Assembly: GCA_963793265.1 (NCBI GenBank)
Contig: CAWBZI010000006.1
Coordinates: 128,001 to 192,000, forward strand
Direction of reading: 5' to 3'
Source: an uncultured cyanobacterium
GTDB taxonomy: Bacteria > Cyanobacteriota > Cyanobacteriia > Phormidesmidales > Phormidesmidaceae
Length of the DNA: 64,000 nt
In this document: in pieces, positions 61,003 through 64,000 of the stretch
Layout of the letters: every line of letters begins with the position of its first letter
How positions within the stretch are numbered: the stretch's first letter is position 1
The notes under the pieces: generated by a model
What the model was told of the DNA's origin: nothing
Database searches by the model: none
Seen by the model: only the letters and a program-made list of their open reading frames with translations
Translations under genes and position numbers: made by a program

Positions 61003-61737
61003 CTAGCGGCCTAGCAGGCGATCGCGAATCCCCTCAGCAATCTTATGGCCCAAATACTCAGGAATCATGCCCTCATTCGGCCCGAGCAAATACAAAATTA
61101 GCCGCGTCCGACCGCGCCACACCAGCAAATTCGCATTCACCACCAGCAAATCCTCCTGCCAAATGGTGTACATCACCTTATAAAAGAGGCCCGGCTGGTT
61201 ATCGGCCTCAATCAAAATAGCGGGCAAATGAAACACCGGATCGACGTAGAACTCAGTCTCAACCTGATCTAAACCCGCGTCCAAATTGAACTCAACGTTC
61301 AGCATATCCTCTACTTCAAACCGACCCGCGAGCGCTTCTCTCACCGCCCGCCGCACGTTCTCAGCCGTCTTCGGCGTCAGCTCCTTTCCGCCGCGAGATA
61401 CGACTAGCTTGGCAAATACCAGCATCGGCGGGTAAATCTGTCCGTAGAGGCTGAGACTGTGGATGGTTAGGCCATAGGCGGCTAAAACGCCGAAGATATC
61501 GCTGAGGAGGAAAGACTGGTTGCGGTAGGCGAAATGGATGGCGGTGCGATCACCCTCGGTGGTCAGCTCAATCACGGCCTTTTTAGTTCTAAAAAGCTGG
61601 TAGGCTAGGCGCAAATTTTGGAGCTGAATATCGCTTCCTACGAACTGCTCGTAAAATTGGGGAAACGCGCGATTGAACCGCTTGAGCAAGTCCAAAGTAG
61701 AGGGTTCAACAGCAGCAGACATACGAGCAATCGACAT
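61003..61737 (-). CDS. Conserved cyanobacterial hypothetical protein, possibly tandem ACT-like domains
   Basis: YRNQSFLLSDIFGVLAAYGLTI and ADNQPGLFYKV resemble GlnD-type ACT motifs. Confidence 0.55.
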   Translation of the reverse strand: MSIARMSAAVEPSTLDLLKRFNRAFPQFYEQFVGSDIQLQNLRLAYQLFRTKKAVIELTTEGDRTAIHFAYRNQSFLLSDIFGVLAAYGLTIHSLSLYGQIYPPMLVFAKLVVSRGGKELTPKTAENVRRAVREALAGRFEVEDMLNVEFNLDAGLDQVETEFYVDPVFHLPAILIEADNQPGLFYKVMYTIWQEDLLVVNANLLVWRGRTRLILYLLGPNEGMIPEYLGHKIAEGIRDRLLGR

Positions 61738-61989
61738 AAAGGGAGCTTGGCCTCCTAGCTCAAAACCTGCCCATGCATTTTTTCAGAGCAAATTCTAAGA
61801 GTTGGCCTAGTTTGCCCGGTTTGTACCGACGCTATTGGGTTTTGTTGATACATTTCCTTATATAGCTTCAGTCGAGCTGCCAGTTGCGAGGTATCAAATA
61901 GTCAAACCGCAAACTAAGCCCATGAAGTGAACGCCCAAGGGATATACTTCTACATAAGCTCACCTTGACGAAATAATTTACTTGCCTGC

Positions 61990-62511
61990 ATGGGTTTCTG
62001 GAAAAGCTTGTTCACTACCACTGAGGTTGCTTCAGCTTCCCAGCAAACAGCCAATGCCGGTTACCTGGCCGAAGCCAAAAGTGCTGATGGCAACACCCGC
62101 ATATTTTTTAGCACCGATCGCACCATCGACCTCTACGAGCTAGAGGAGCTTTGTGATGCCGTGGGCTGGTCGCGCCGCCCCATTCGCAAAGTGCGCAAAG
62201 CGATTCAAAACAGCTTTTTAGTCATTACCATGTGGGAGCAAAAAGGCAATCGCAAGCGCCTGATCGGCTTTTCACGGGCGACTTCTGATCACGCCTTCAA
62301 CGCCACCATTTGGGATGTCGTCGTTCACCCTGACTCACAGGGCAAAGGTCTGGGCAAAGCGCTAATGAAGCAGCTCATTAAAAAGCTTCGCAGCGAAGAT
62401 ATCAGCAATGTGACCTTATTTGCCGATCCTAACGTGGTGAGCTTTTACAAGCAGCTCGGCTTCATGCCCGATCCTGAAGGTATTAAAGGGATGTTCTGGT
62501 ATCCAGATTAG
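61990..62511 (+). CDS. GNAT acetyltransferase (Ycf52-like)
   Basis: [47 protein letters not shown]. Confidence 0.85.
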   Translation: MGFWKSLFTTTEVASASQQTANAGYLAEAKSADGNTRIFFSTDRTIDLYELEELCDAVGWSRRPIRKVRKAIQNSFLVITMWEQKGNRKRLIGFSRATSDHAFNATIWDVVVHPDSQGKGLGKALMKQLIKKLRSEDISNVTLFADPNVVSFYKQLGFMPDPEGIKGMFWYPD

Positions 62512-62550
62512 ACACATTACATCCCTTCAAGCTTGCTACAGCCCAGCGCG

Positions 62551-62838
62551 TTAGCAGTCATAGCTACGGCATTCGAGCGCATGAGGCGTTTCCAGACAGT
62601 AACGATCAAACGCGGCCTGGCAGGAATAAAGTGGCTGGCGAGATTGAGCCGTTCGTAGCTCTTCGACAGCTTCCCAGGCGATCGCGACATCGACATTCTG
62701 GTAGCCGTGCATCTGCGTCAAGCGACGAGCATGTTCTAGCGCTGCCTTGAGCCGGTTTTCATAAGTAGACTGAGGTGACTGTGGTTGCAGCTCAACAGTA
62801 GAGATTGTGTTTTTGGGTGCAATTGCAATGTTAGTCAT
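62551..62838 (-). CDS. cp12: CP12-family protein lacking the N-terminal Cys pair
   Basis: AWEAVEEL core and C-terminal YCLETPHALECRSYD. Confidence 0.8.
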   Translation of the reverse strand: MTNIAIAPKNTISTVELQPQSPQSTYENRLKAALEHARRLTQMHGYQNVDVAIAWEAVEELRTAQSRQPLYSCQAAFDRYCLETPHALECRSYDC

Positions 62839-63004
62839 GATTAAGTACCAAACAAAAGGATGTTGTGTGAACTGCTTACAGCTTACACATAAACTATATG
62901 GATTATATTTTGAGAAACATATAATTTTTAATTATGTTTCATAAGCTTTGCTTAACCGAATAGAAAATACAACAATCCAAACGAAAACCAGATATGAGCA
63001 CTAG

Positions 63005-63745
63005 TCAGAGACGTCTTTCCGCCGAAAGCTGCGTAGCCATTTCGGTACGAGAAGACACCTCAAGCTTGCGGAATATTTTCTTCAGCGCTTGCTTAACAGA
63101 GTTTTCAGTAATCCAAAGCTCTGCACCGACTTCTGCATTCTTCTTTCCTAGTGATACAAGATCCGCTATTTGTCGCTCGCGAGCGGTAAGGCGCGCTGAT
63201 AGAGGTGTTGCATTACTATTAGAATAGTTTTCAGAGAAACTAGGAGATTGTTGAACACGCACGGTTGCCACCCATACGGATAGATGCAGGCATACCGCAC
63301 TCACGTCAGCTAACGCTTGGTTGTTGAATGCAGGCTGAGACTTTTCGCGAGTGCAGCCTAATACACCAACTAGCTGCCCTTTAGTCACAATCGGGCCTGC
63401 CATCACGTGCCAGTGATCCGGGCGAGGGCAAATAATTTGCCAGGCTTTGGGTGAGGTTACCAGGCTTTCATGAACTGGGGCATGTTGCTCGGCTAGATAG
63501 CGAGCAATTGGGTTACGCTCGGTTGAAAAGGCTGTTTCTATTGCCTTTTTAAAAGCGGGATTTAGGTTGCGGCTGTCTGCTAAGAGGCGATCAAAGAAGA
63601 AGATGCCTGAGCGAGTTGCTGCGAAGTGTTCTTTAATTTTTGGCGTGAGGTGCGATCGCAACTCATCCTCATCTGTCGCTTGATTAATTGCTTGAAGTAG
63701 GCTCTGCAACTGGCTTTTCATCTGGCCCCTTATCTGGCTTCTCAC
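63005..63745 (-). CDS. LuxR-family regulator with GAF-like sensor domain
   Basis: LTARERQIADLVSLGKKNAEVG..SVKQALKKIFRKL HTH; CPRPDHWHVMAGP sensor region. Confidence 0.85.
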   Translation of the reverse strand: MRSQIRGQMKSQLQSLLQAINQATDEDELRSHLTPKIKEHFAATRSGIFFFDRLLADSRNLNPAFKKAIETAFSTERNPIARYLAEQHAPVHESLVTSPKAWQIICPRPDHWHVMAGPIVTKGQLVGVLGCTREKSQPAFNNQALADVSAVCLHLSVWVATVRVQQSPSFSENYSNSNATPLSARLTARERQIADLVSLGKKNAEVGAELWITENSVKQALKKIFRKLEVSSRTEMATQLSAERRL

Positions 63746-63866
63746 ACTTACAGCAAATGACTATGCTCAAAAAAGACTACCCGAACGTGGTCTAGGCGTC
63801 GTCTGAGCGTCTCTCTATCGTAGAGGGTATAGATGCTCACTGGCATCACTATTACTTGGAGAAAAC

Positions 63867-64000
63867 ATGACTGACCTACCCACTAACTGGCCACATTATG
63901 TCATCGGCATCGTAATTTATCCCGGCATGACCACTCTGGACATCGTTGGCCCTCAAACGGTGTTTAGTGGACTGCCTAACGTTAAAATCCATCGCGTTTG
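63867..64000 (+). CDS. DJ-1/PfpI family protein, N-terminal part (runs off the window)
   Basis: Hand translation MTDLPTNWPHYVIGIVIYPGMTTLDIVGPQTVFSGLP; divergent from the LuxR regulator. Confidence 0.75.
   Translation, partial: MTDLPTNWPHYVIGIVIYPGMTTLDIVGPQTVFSGLPNVKIHRV

Larger units (their letters stand above)
1..64000. repeat. HIP1 octamer GCGATCGC, highly iterated throughout
   Basis: Dozens of copies, e.g. 3546, 9182, 9219, 29469, 29576, 34005, 36459. Confidence 0.95.

Overview
Cyanobacterial chromosomal DNA, judged from the dense HIP1 octamer GCGATCGC and from psaF/psaJ/psaL, CP12 and Fd-GOGAT genes. The core (about 15.3-41.5 kb) is a rearranged scytonemin (UV-A sunscreen) biosynthesis region. 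scyA-scyB-scyC and a separate scyD/E-scyF unit lie on the + strand. They diverge from a long minus-strand run trpE(G)-trpC-trpA-trpB-trpD-eboA-B-C-D-E-F-tyrA, which is followed by a PAS histidine kinase and a REC-AraC regulator. Directly behind the regulators are an unexplained 571-aa Gly-rich protein (about 19 NPF motifs plus a 7/14-residue beta-solenoid-like repeat) and a CheB/CheR hybrid kinase whose receiver domain is split by a +1 frameshift. The flanks carry glsF, two Uma2 nucleases, a CP-ATP-grasp/GGT pair, a large TPS-type CHAT exoprotein, a Rof-like protein, ald, psaF-J-L, tsaD and a CP12 variant. Two families of REP-like palindromes are present. Local G/C skew appears to flip at many HIP1 sites. 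No rRNA, tRNA, CRISPR array or transposase was recognised. All calls come from reading motifs by eye; no database search was run.
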